From: a virus
Length of the DNA: 64,000 nucleotides
Reading direction: 5' to 3' (one strand)
Virus record (IMG/VR): IMGVR_UViG_3300028388_003908
Coordinates: 64,001-128,000 of that record
The position numbers were made by a program, and so were the translations under genes. Positions within the stretch are counted from its first letter, which is position 1, and every line of letters begins with the position of its first letter. Below, piece after piece: positions 1 to 8,275 of this stretch. The notes under the pieces were generated by a model. It saw nothing but the letters and a program-made list of their open reading frames with translations. It ran no database searches and had not been told where the DNA came from.

Positions 1-76
1 CGTCAATGCGCTCGGGTGTAGCGTTGTCCATGCGAAGCATATTGAGGATAATCATCAAGATAATCTCGGCGGTCAT
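1..76 (-). CDS. Hypothetical protein, N-terminal part (runs off window start)
   Basis: ATG at 76 preceded by AAGGAGG; reads MTAEIILMIILNMLRMDNATPERID. Confidence 0.6.
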   Translation of the reverse strand, partial: MTAEIILMIILNMLRMDNATPERID

Positions 77-207
77 ACGACCCTCCTTTGTGTTGTTGTG
101 TATTCCATAAGCGATTGGTAGACTATCCCTCCTAGGTCCAACACGAAAAAAATCTCAAAAAAATCTTTTATAGGGCTCAGATCACATCATCTCAGGGAGG
201 GTTACTC

Positions 208-789
208 ATGAGACAAGAGCGCGATAATATAAGCTCTCAGAGCAACAATGGAGGTTCTGTGAGCAAGAGATCAGATAGAATAAAGAGTCATGTACCTATA
301 GAGCGTCTGCTGTCTCAATACGGATATGACGTGAGCGAGCTAGACGCAGAACAGCAGTTTAGATGTGATCTGCATGGAGATGGTTCAGACAACGCCCCTA
401 GCGCTCGCGTCTATCCTTCAACGAATTCATGGTACTGCTTTGCCTGCGGGCGCGCTCGGGATGTGATCTCTACGGTCATGGAAAAAGAAGGTGTCGAGTA
501 TAAGAAGGCGTGTCGTCTACTAGAGGAAAAATACGGACTAGAGCCTTGGGTGGAGTATGAGCGCTCATCGCCCCTAGACGAGGAGATCTCGATACAGACA
601 GAGGCTGACATAAAAGAGATCTGCATAAGGCGATTAGAGCGCGTGACCAAGAGTAGGTCGATCTCATATCAAGACGCTCTCAGATTATGGGAGGCGGTTA
701 ATCTTGTGAGCAATCAGGAAAATCCTAAGCAGTCGATGTGGGATAAGGTCTATCAGCGCGTCTTAAAAGCGGAAGGCTTAGACAGCTAG
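208..789 (+). CDS. CHC2 zinc-finger protein, primase zinc-binding-domain type (stand-alone; start may be GTG 259)
   Basis: CDLH...PSARVY...WYCFACG...DVISTVMEKEGVEYKKA matches the DnaG CHC2 zinc-binding domain; no Toprim domain. Confidence 0.8.
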   Translation: MRQERDNISSQSNNGGSVSKRSDRIKSHVPIERLLSQYGYDVSELDAEQQFRCDLHGDGSDNAPSARVYPSTNSWYCFACGRARDVISTVMEKEGVEYKKACRLLEEKYGLEPWVEYERSSPLDEEISIQTEADIKEICIRRLERVTKSRSISYQDALRLWEAVNLVSNQENPKQSMWDKVYQRVLKAEGLDS

Positions 790-845
790 TATTTCTATCC
801 TTTGCGTCTCTGTAAAATGCAGATAAATAAGAGCAGAGGTGCATC

Positions 846-1151
846 ATGGATGAAACGATTCTACTGGATCTATTTGAGAATCTACTGAGACAGATTGCGG
901 GTAGCGCTGTGGGGGACGAGGAACACATCGCGCTTTGGATGAACATAGGTAAGAAGCTAGGGGTGCATTTATATCTGCCCGAGATGAAAGCTGTTGCGAT
1001 AACAGACGAGGACACGGGAGAACGTCATGTTGTGGCTTTTATCGCCACAATAAACGAGGAGATTACCGAGTATGTCACCTCAGAAAACGTGTTTGATTCG
1101 GAGATAGTGTCGCGCTGTCTTGAGCTTAAAAAGCAGGAGCAATCTCATTGA
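846..1151 (+). CDS. Hypothetical protein
   Basis: ORF with GAGG RBS; overlaps next ORF. Confidence 0.6.
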   Translation: MDETILLDLFENLLRQIAGSAVGDEEHIALWMNIGKKLGVHLYLPEMKAVAITDEDTGERHVVAFIATINEEITEYVTSENVFDSEIVSRCLELKKQEQSH

Positions 1152-1582
1152 TCTACACAAGACATGACATGGTTTTTATGTCTTTTAGCGTAGAGGGTTG
1201 GGGTGATTTTAAGATCGCTAAAATCTTACCTAAAGATGGTAATCCTTGGGGCGCATACGCTGTACTACCTATCGAACATCCTTGGAGGTCTTTGATCTCT
1301 GAGGTCTCTGAGGAGAGCGTAGATCTCGCTCTGTCGGGTCACCCCAAGCCTCTACTAGAAGCAGGTATAAGATCAGCGAGCGCGTGTCTGCGTCTAGCGG
1401 GACTAGAGGATGATTGCTCAGATAAAGAGCATTGTCTAACCTATAAAAAGAACGTCTGCTCGATACGGTCTAAAAAGATACCTGATTGCTTTTCGTGTGA
1501 AGGATTAAAGGAACAGGAATCTTATCTTGCGAAGGCATGGCTGGAAGGATATTCGATATTGATTTTATCGGGCGCTACCTAA
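1148..1582 (+). CDS. Hypothetical Cys-rich protein
   Basis: ORF coupled to previous gene; several Cys in C-terminal half. Confidence 0.6.
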   Translation: MIYTRHDMVFMSFSVEGWGDFKIAKILPKDGNPWGAYAVLPIEHPWRSLISEVSEESVDLALSGHPKPLLEAGIRSASACLRLAGLEDDCSDKEHCLTYKKNVCSIRSKKIPDCFSCEGLKEQESYLAKAWLEGYSILILSGAT

Positions 1583-1606
1583 CAGACACATTAGAAAGGA
1601 TTTACG

Positions 1607-1763
1607 ATGAATCGTACCGCTAATCTACTAAAGGCCGCCAACATCTAATTATAGCAAAGACAAGGTCGAACTTGTGTCGTATTTGGAGGGGCAAATCAGG
1701 GATATCTCAGCTAAGATCTCCTCTGAGGAGACACGTCTCCGTAGCGCTGTGTACGCTATCTAA
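1607..1763 (+). pseudogene. Possible broken small gene
   Basis: GAAAGGA + ATG 1607 stops after 13 codons; another frame continues NYSKDKVELVSYLEGQIRDISAKISSEETRLRS into the PhoH 3' end. Confidence 0.3.
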
Positions 1764-2519
1764 AAAAGCATCGCTCCAAGCTAAGGTATATAAGCCTGTC
1801 TCATGTCTAGGTGTGTCCGTGTCAACCTGATTCGGATCCCCTAGCACGATACACTGGCTGTCTTCTGCCACTCTTGAGATGAGAGATAAAAGCTCATGCG
1901 GTGTGGTGTTCTGAGCCTCATCTATGATGACGATAGAATCGTTGAACTCGATACCTCGCACTAGCTCTAAAGGCATGAACGAGAGCTTGCCTTCCTCCTC
2001 TAGCTGAAAAAGCTGGTGCTCAAAGCTCGTACCGAATATCCTCTTGAGCACTACGAGATAAGAGGCGATGTAGCCTTCTAGCTTCTCCCTATGATCACCA
2101 GGGACGGCTGCGATAGCGTTTGATTTACGACCAACAAAGACGGTAGGCTTTACAAGCACAACCTTCTTCTCTTGTCGGAAAAGCTGTGTGAGCGCGTAAG
2201 CGAGCGCGATGGTGGTCTTGCCTGTACCTGCTTCTCCTAGACCGACAACAAGAGGAAAATTCTTGAGCGCGTAGAAAAAGCAAGATTGCTCCGCGTCTCT
2301 AGGCTTTAGCCCTTGATACTCAAGACCTTTTACGTCTACTCGGGAGATCTTGTCATCTAAGGAAAAGCCTAAAGCGCTCGCGCCCGTCTCAGATTTTAAG
2401 ATGTAAAATCCTTGACCGTCCATCATAGGATCAACAAGACCTTCCTTTTCGATCTGCCCCTTCTTATGTAAGACGTTTACGCGCTCGGTTGTGGTATCTA
2501 ACACCTGTATCTCAAGCAT
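1707..2519 (-). CDS. phoH: PhoH-family ATPase (C-terminus possibly truncated)
   Basis: GEAGTGKT Walker A, VRGIEF, IIDEAQN, LGDPNQVD. Confidence 0.9.
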   Translation of the reverse strand: MLEIQVLDTTTERVNVLHKKGQIEKEGLVDPMMDGQGFYILKSETGASALGFSLDDKISRVDVKGLEYQGLKPRDAEQSCFFYALKNFPLVVGLGEAGTGKTTIALAYALTQLFRQEKKVVLVKPTVFVGRKSNAIAAVPGDHREKLEGYIASYLVVLKRIFGTSFEHQLFQLEEEGKLSFMPLELVRGIEFNDSIVIIDEAQNTTPHELLSLISRVAEDSQCIVLGDPNQVDTDTPRHETGLYTLAWSDAFLDSVHSATETCLLRGDLS

Positions 2520-2524
2520 AAAGC

Positions 2525-2555
2525 CCCCTCTGAATGATAGTGCTATTCAGAGGGG
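2525..2555 (-). promoter_or_regulatory. Hairpin covering the phoH Shine-Dalgarno
   Basis: 11-bp perfect inverted repeat CCCCTCTGAAT/ATTCAGAGGGG; TATAAT just upstream on the minus strand. Confidence 0.5.
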
Positions 2556-2574
2556 ATTATAGAGAGACTAGCGC

Positions 2575-3570
2575 TCAGTAAAGATCGTCCTCAAAATCAT
2601 AATCAGGATCGAAACCGAAAGTCTCCTCCTCTAGCTCCTCCAATGGGCTTGAATCAAAGATCCGATCCTCAAAATCATCCTCATCCTCATCCTCTTCCTC
2701 AAAAATATCTTCAAGAGGATCAATGCCCATGTCTGCGTCATACTCCATCTCATAAGGATAGTCTGGCTCGTACTCCTCATAAAATGTCTCGTCATGCAGT
2801 TTGCGCTCGCTGTCGGTCATAAACAGAGGCTCATCATCCTCTAGATCGAATTCTGCAACATCTGCATCGCCTAGATCATCCACGATAAGATCTGAGAGGT
2901 CGCCTTGAAATCTCTCGTCCTCAGGAAGATCAGCCTCAAGCTCCTCGAGGTCGAAGATAGGACCGTAATAAGCGCGTCTGCTTGAGCGCGCCTTCTTGCT
3001 CGCCTTGTCTAAGATCTCCTCTTGCTCCTCCTCAAGAGCTTTCACCTTAGCCTCAAGCTCTTCTAGCTCGTCCTCGTTCTCCTCGTAATCCTCTGACTGC
3101 ATCGCCTTAGCGCGATTCTTCACCACGTCCTTGTTGATCTCGGTTTGACGGTCGAACTCCTCGGCAGCTTCAGGATGTTCTTCCTTCCACTTCTTGAACT
3201 CTTCCTGACCTTTAGGTCCTGAATGAAAGCGAGCATAGCGAGGAATCATCATAGAGAAGATGCCGAGATCGTCAACGTAACCTTGACCGCCTTCGTATGA
3301 ACCCTCGCCCTCGTAATCGTCATCAAGATCAAGATAATCAACATAATCTTGAGCGTTGCCGGGACCGACAAGATCGAGACCTTGATCATATCCCGAGTTA
3401 ACCTGCACGGTGCTGTCTGCCAAGAAATCAACAGCCTCTCTTGAGCCGTAGTCTCTTCTCATTTGTAGAGGTTGGGTCAGAGCGATCTTCTTGCTGGCGA
3501 CCTTAGACGCGAGATCACCCCTTTGATCCTTCTTAAATTCGTTTGCGATCTTACTAAAAATATCAGACAT
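2575..3570 (-). CDS. Highly acidic protein with major-capsid-like N-terminus; candidate internal head protein
   Basis: D/E-rich; residues 32-43 TQPLQMRRDYGS match MCP TQPLRLRRDYTS; KVAS, KIAL, RYAR, KKAR, RRAY motifs. Confidence 0.7.
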   Translation of the reverse strand: MSDIFSKIANEFKKDQRGDLASKVASKKIALTQPLQMRRDYGSREAVDFLADSTVQVNSGYDQGLDLVGPGNAQDYVDYLDLDDDYEGEGSYEGGQGYVDDLGIFSMMIPRYARFHSGPKGQEEFKKWKEEHPEAAEEFDRQTEINKDVVKNRAKAMQSEDYEENEDELEELEAKVKALEEEQEEILDKASKKARSSRRAYYGPIFDLEELEADLPEDERFQGDLSDLIVDDLGDADVAEFDLEDDEPLFMTDSERKLHDETFYEEYEPDYPYEMEYDADMGIDPLEDIFEEEDEDEDDFEDRIFDSSPLEELEEETFGFDPDYDFEDDLY

Positions 3571-3615
3571 AAAACACCTCTGCGGATTGCGGGTTAGGTT
3601 TTATATCTCTCATAT

Positions 3616-3628
3616 ATAAAGCGTTTAT
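3616..3628. promoter_or_regulatory. Putative bidirectional late promoter (TAA-N4-TTTAT on both strands)
   Basis: ATAAAGCGTTTAT near-palindrome between divergent genes. Confidence 0.55.
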
Positions 3629-3637
3629 CACGTCTCT

Positions 3638-4618
3638 ATGAAAATGATTAAGAGAGGAGATCTTATGCGTAGAATCGCTAAAGCGGATGTTAATCCGATA
3701 CGTCAAGGTTCTCAGTTTTCATGTGTGAGCGCGTCTACCTGTATGGCGTTAAATGCTGTAGGTGTTCAGTGCTCTGAGGAAGACGTAAACAAGGTGATTG
3801 GCGCAAAGCCCATGCAGGGTGCGCGTTGGGAAGAGGTGCTAGCCTGCGCTCAATACTTTGGTTGTAGAGCAACCTTGACCACCCCTGCGACCTTGACTCA
3901 AGTTAAAGCGTGGACAGATCAAGGGAAGCCTGTACTGATCGCTTGGAATCCGGAAGGACGCGATTGGTCACACGCGAGCTTGATCTTTGACGTGACCGGA
4001 GAGAAAGGGGATTATGTGGTTCACGTTGCCGACCCTAATATCCCCAACCCCGATAAGACGACCCGAGAGGTCTCGGAAGACGAATTCTACTCTAAATGGT
4101 TTGAGAAGTGGCCTAACTATCTAGTGCGTAGACCTGCGCTTATGATCGAGCGCGAGATTGACCCTCAAGGCAGACAGATCATGGCGAGCCTTGATAGGGA
4201 ATCTAGGGTCAAGAGTCATAAGCACAACACCAAAAAGGAAGTTAAGGATTCTTACGAGGAGCAAAAGAAGAACTTTGGAAAAGAATGGGCAAAGTATGAA
4301 GGGGCTATGACACCTGAAGGACTTAATCAAGATCGCATTAATAAGAACTTAGGTAAAAAGCCTTCAGGTGGAGGTTTATCTCCTCTCGATAGTCTCGGTA
4401 AAGGTAAAAGCAAGCCTTCAGGAGGAGGTTTGTCCCCTCTTGATAGTCTCGGTAAAGGTAAAAGCAAGCCTTCGGGTGGGGGTTTGTCCCCTCTTGATAG
4501 ACTCGCTTCAGATGACGAGATATTTGATGATCTAGAAATCTACGCAGACGAGCACATGGCGGACCACAGAATCGCGTCATTAAAGCGCTACGCAATCCGG
4601 AAGATGATGGGTCGCTAA
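3638..4618 (+). CDS. Papain-like (C39-family) cysteine peptidase with repeat tail (likely start 3665)
   Basis: Q-x4-C (RQGSQFSC), WSHAS, VADPN catalytic pattern; AGGAG RBS before 3665. Confidence 0.8.
   Translation: MKMIKRGDLMRRIAKADVNPIRQGSQFSCVSASTCMALNAVGVQCSEEDVNKVIGAKPMQGARWEEVLACAQYFGCRATLTTPATLTQVKAWTDQGKPVLIAWNPEGRDWSHASLIFDVTGEKGDYVVHVADPNIPNPDKTTREVSEDEFYSKWFEKWPNYLVRRPALMIEREIDPQGRQIMASLDRESRVKSHKHNTKKEVKDSYEEQKKNFGKEWAKYEGAMTPEGLNQDRINKNLGKKPSGGGLSPLDSLGKGKSKPSGGGLSPLDSLGKGKSKPSGGGLSPLDRLASDDEIFDDLEIYADEHMADHRIASLKRYAIRKMMGR
4351..4500 (+). repeat. 54-bp coding tandem repeat, about 3 copies
   Basis: KPSGGGLSPLD(SLGKGKS) x3. Confidence 0.9.
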
Positions 4619-4914
4619 GATTTCCACCAATCGTCAAAGGCGCCCCATTCTATCTGCTCGTAAAAGCTCTCAGGTATCGAGCCTACGCAATCAACAGAGA
4701 ACCACTCTCCTTTGAGTCTCCAATCTCTAAGCAACTCATGTAAGTAGGCTTCCTGATCGCCTTTACCTTTAAAGTATGCGATCAGCTTCAATCTCTTAGC
4801 GTTGCCTGTCTGTAGAGATCGAACCCTACGTTTAGGATCTACTGATCTACCGATCTTAATGTGACCTGTACCTTGCTCTTGTATGAAATAGAGATGATCT
4901 CCGTGTCGCGCCAT
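4615..4914 (-). CDS. T5orf172/MUG113-like GIY-YIG domain protein
   Basis: LYFIQ..IKIGRS.DPKRRVRSLQTGN...E..LH....R..GEWF. Confidence 0.85.
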   Translation of the reverse strand: MARHGDHLYFIQEQGTGHIKIGRSVDPKRRVRSLQTGNAKRLKLIAYFKGKGDQEAYLHELLRDWRLKGEWFSVDCVGSIPESFYEQIEWGAFDDWWKS

Positions 4915-4922
4915 ATCTGCTT

Positions 4923-4934
4923 TAACCTCTTTAT
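4923..4934 (+). promoter_or_regulatory. Putative late promoter motif
   Basis: TAACCTCTTTAT upstream of ORF 4971. Confidence 0.5.
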
Positions 4935-4970
4935 CGTTAACGCTTATTATTATCTTAAAGAGAGGTCGCT

Positions 4971-5477
4971 ATGTCGAGATACGCAAAAGAAAAATATCCT
5001 TGGGACGAGTGCATTAAGGATCAGCTAGAGCAATATGGAGATCAAGAGGTTGCGGAGAAGGTCTGCGGTAAGATCAAAGCACAATCCCAATCTAAGCCCG
5101 CTTCAAGGATTGCCTCTCGCTATCTTCAATCGTCCCGTATGAAGAGTCTTATGATGGAGATAGACGATTCTGACGAGGCTTGGGACTATCTGCATGATAG
5201 TCCAATAGATCGTAGAACTAAAGCGCTTACTTTTATCCGTGCTCTCAGAAGTAGCGTAAATCTGAACAGAGAGCAGGAGACAGCGGTTGCAATTGCCCTA
5301 GATGCGCTCACATACGTCTCTGGCGGTGCAGAGCCTTCAGACATCATCCCCGACAAAGCCCGTAAGATGATACGTCATCTCGCGTATAGAAATGAGCGCA
5401 AGTTGATGACGAGACTGCCTGCCTTACCTGCTGGCATTGTCTATAAAGACGAGATCCGCAGATTGTTCGGTTCATAA
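4971..5477 (+). CDS. Hypothetical protein, candidate head cargo
   Basis: MSRYA start, small N-terminal Cys module, RIASRYL tag. Confidence 0.65.
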   Translation: MSRYAKEKYPWDECIKDQLEQYGDQEVAEKVCGKIKAQSQSKPASRIASRYLQSSRMKSLMMEIDDSDEAWDYLHDSPIDRRTKALTFIRALRSSVNLNREQETAVAIALDALTYVSGGAEPSDIIPDKARKMIRHLAYRNERKLMTRLPALPAGIVYKDEIRRLFGS

Positions 5478-5522
5478 AAAAAGAGCCTCTGTCTAACGTC
5501 CTAGGCAGAGGCTCTTTTTAAA
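5478..5522. terminator. Bidirectional intrinsic terminator
   Basis: A-tract, GAGCCTCTGTCTA..TAGGCAGAGGGCTC stem, T-tract, between convergent genes. Confidence 0.75.
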
Positions 5523-5542
5523 AGATCAGATTCAGAGCAGGA

Positions 5543-5749
5543 TTATCCAGCGTTCTTACCGCCCTCAAGAATCGCAACGCGAGCTTCCTTAGCGGAAGCG
5601 ATCACGCCTTGAAGCGTCTTGCGAAGACGAGTGCGCGCAGACTTGTTGTTCTTGTTGTCAATCTTCTGAGCATCCAACATCGCCTCGTCAAGAGTAGCGC
5701 GTAGATTGTTGATAAGGTCTTGTGTTGTAGCTGTAGTGTTCTCAGACAT
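5543..5749 (-). CDS. Histone H1-like (Hc1-type) small DNA-binding protein
   Basis: DAQK...NKSARTRLRKTLQ...AKEARVAI resembles the Hc1 family. Confidence 0.65.
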   Translation of the reverse strand: MSENTTATTQDLINNLRATLDEAMLDAQKIDNKNNKSARTRLRKTLQGVIASAKEARVAILEGGKNAG

Positions 5750-5833
5750 AACGTGTCTCCTTGATGTGGTTAAAGGGCGAGATCAGATGCCCTCATACGC
5801 TTTATTATACTCTCTGAGAAAGGATTTTCTCCT

Positions 5834-6301
5834 ATGTCATTACTGATCTGGATGATTTTCAGTTTTTTTATGTGGGTCTACCTACATGAGTACGCTCATC
5901 TCCTAATGCTCTCGCGCTTTAAAGAGATAAAAGGCTACATCATAAGACCTTACCCGCATAAGCATAAGGAGCTAGGATTTGTCTACGGTTCCGTGTCTTA
6001 CGATTATGAAGGCAAATTGACCGATAAAGAACTAGCTTGGGTCTCCATCGCCCCTAGATTCGCTAACATGATGGTGCTCCCCTGCGCTCTGTTTATTGAT
6101 CTAAACACCTTGCCTTGGTTAGCGCTCTTGATAGGGGGCGTTGTCGATCTCTTGAGGGGGTCTATGACGCACAGAGAGAGCGCAGACATTAGACGCTATA
6201 GTAAGGGCTTTGATGTGCCCTTAAAAGCCTTTGTAGGTTGTCAACTCGTCTACGCGCTCACCTGTCTCTTAGCGATATACGGGCGCATCTATGTCTGGTG
6301 A
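5834..6301 (+). CDS. Membrane zinc metalloprotease-like protein (M50-like)
   Basis: HEYAH inside a hydrophobic segment, IAP motif, late SAD; several TM segments. Confidence 0.65.
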   Translation: MSLLIWMIFSFFMWVYLHEYAHLLMLSRFKEIKGYIIRPYPHKHKELGFVYGSVSYDYEGKLTDKELAWVSIAPRFANMMVLPCALFIDLNTLPWLALLIGGVVDLLRGSMTHRESADIRRYSKGFDVPLKAFVGCQLVYALTCLLAIYGRIYVW

Positions 6302-6821
6302 ACACAGAGACGGAAAGAAGCGTTTTGTTTTTAAATCCCGCGTAGGGACCAAAGGCCCTATCAAGATCGGTAAAGACGCTAAGCTCAAGCAAGAGGTAGG
6401 TAAGATATATGGTCGCTACATACTGAACGCGATCAAGGAAGAGATCTCTAAATCTTACGCGCTCGGGAGAGGTATACCACGTACCAAGGCTTTCAGGGAT
6501 TCATTCTCCTTTGAGGTAAACGAGAGCGGGGACGTGATCATCAGATCTGACTGGCCTTGGGTTAATCGCTATCTGAAGATGAGAGGTCCCGTCAAAATGA
6601 CCTGGCTTACTCAGGTAAATCCACGTCTAAGAGGTCGCAAGGTTATACCTCTTAAACAGCGAGACGGTACGATAAAATTCCGTACCTTACCTCTCACGAC
6701 AAAGCAGGCTTGGGTTCATCCTGCTATCGGGAAATATACGTTCATCCAAAGAGGCGTAGAGAAGGGTAAGCGCAAAGCTAAAGCAGAGGTCTTACGTTAT
6801 CTCATGTCCGTTAAGCGCTAG
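6291..6821 (+). CDS. Basic hypothetical protein, possible neck/tail-completion protein
   Basis: Basic protein ending WVHPAIGKYTFIQRGVEK, reminiscent of HK97 gp10-like proteins. Confidence 0.4.
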   Translation: MSGEHRDGKKRFVFKSRVGTKGPIKIGKDAKLKQEVGKIYGRYILNAIKEEISKSYALGRGIPRTKAFRDSFSFEVNESGDVIIRSDWPWVNRYLKMRGPVKMTWLTQVNPRLRGRKVIPLKQRDGTIKFRTLPLTTKQAWVHPAIGKYTFIQRGVEKGKRKAKAEVLRYLMSVKR

Positions 6822-7328
6822 ATGTTCACGAAGCACTAGATATAGATCCTTCAGCGTGTGACGAGAAGAACCCTCATGCGCTATCGTACAATCGCTCGTC
6901 TCGTCAGGCGTAGGCATGAGATTTATTTGACGAGCCTTAACATGGGTTCTACCGAGCAAGAGCGCTTTAAGTACGCGGTGATATCCGTCTACAATCTCTC
7001 CCTGCCACAAGAGAATAGGATAAGATAGATCTGCTTCAAGGGTGCGCGCCATGTGATCGCTTATATGATCATCACCCCAAACCCAAGAATCTAGGATACG
7101 ATCCGACGGTATCTCCCAATCGAACGCTTCCAATTCACTAGTCATCTTCAGCAAGGGATTGATTTCCCACGTCATCTCTAGGCCCTCTTTACAGGTGCTA
7201 AACGTGTGCCCCTCAAGCTGACGATAGGATTCTGCGCTCAACGTCATCTCTACTTGCTTATCGTGAGTGCGCAAAAGAGATCTTAAAAGGAGATACTCCA
7301 AGATACCGATCAGAACATATTTCAGCAT
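6792..7328 (-). CDS. ParB/Sulfiredoxin-like domain protein (start may be about 7245)
   Basis: ADLSYPILL...IVDGYHRVLKA. Confidence 0.75.
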   Translation of the reverse strand: MLKYVLIGILEYLLLRSLLRTHDKQVEMTLSAESYRQLEGHTFSTCKEGLEMTWEINPLLKMTSELEAFDWEIPSDRILDSWVWGDDHISDHMARTLEADLSYPILLWQGEIVDGYHRVLKALLLGRTHVKARQINLMPTPDETSDCTIAHEGSSRHTLKDLYLVLREHLALNGHEIT

Positions 7329-7329
7329 A

Positions 7330-8274
7330 TCAACCTAAATACTTAGAGGCTACTCTGACCGGATTTGATCGGATCTCTTGCATCTCAAAATTACCGTTCT
7401 CGTCTCCGTGACCGTAGCGATAAATCTCAAAAGAGCATACCGCAGGTCCGGAAAATCTCTTCTCAAAACCCGCATAACCACAGCAATCTGGAAACAGATA
7501 AAGATACATCTTACGCTCTATCGGATCAAACACCGTGTGAGAGCTTGTGTAAAGATTAGACCTGCGCGAGACGTTGAAAGGATCATCAGGATTTCTGAGA
7601 CGGTCGCCATAGATACTAGGGGCTAAGTCTTGCACCTTTTGAATCTGTCTTATGCGCTTCTGCGCTCTGCGCTTTCTCTCATGGGAAGAATCTCGATTGA
7701 CACCATACTGATAGCCTGTATCAGGATTCCAAACACCATGGTTTGTGCGAACGTGGGTCTTGTCCGATCTCAGCTTTCTAACGTGAAGATCGCCTTCTTC
7801 CCCCTCTAGTACGCCTTTCAAGGTGCGCTCGATCCCATACGTCTCATAACCATCTGAGAGCAGATTATGCCCCAACACACCCTTGTTAGTGGAAGCCTTC
7901 CTGACCGCTTCATCTAAGGTAGTGCTCGATAGTATCTCAAGCATCAAGTTACCGTCCTTATAGCTATCTCTAGCTAGGATTCGGGACAAATTCTCCATGC
8001 CCTCATCATCGGGGTCGTATTCATCCTTCTTCTTTGAGGGGCGGTCCTTCTCGTCATCTAAGACCATCAGAGCGCTGTTGACGAGAGAGATACCGTACTC
8101 GTTAATACCCTCAATCCAACCCGTATCAACATCCTGAAAATATAGGATCTCAACCCCGTTGACGCGGTCGTGATACACCTTAATGTCGGGGTCATAATTG
8201 CGATCTCTGTTCTTAAACAGGACCACCTTGCCCTCACATGGTGTCGCAGAGATTGTGCAAGCCTTTTTGTCCAT
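7330..8274 (-). CDS. Ntn-hydrolase (C45/choloylglycine-hydrolase-like)
   Basis: C6-T...KNRD, EGINEYGI, RTNH, SSHER; C-terminal RVASKYL tag. Confidence 0.8.
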   Translation of the reverse strand: MDKKACTISATPCEGKVVLFKNRDRNYDPDIKVYHDRVNGVEILYFQDVDTGWIEGINEYGISLVNSALMVLDDEKDRPSKKKDEYDPDDEGMENLSRILARDSYKDGNLMLEILSSTTLDEAVRKASTNKGVLGHNLLSDGYETYGIERTLKGVLEGEEGDLHVRKLRSDKTHVRTNHGVWNPDTGYQYGVNRDSSHERKRRAQKRIRQIQKVQDLAPSIYGDRLRNPDDPFNVSRRSNLYTSSHTVFDPIERKMYLYLFPDCCGYAGFEKRFSGPAVCSFEIYRYGHGDENGNFEMQEIRSNPVRVASKYLG

Positions 8275-8275
8275 A

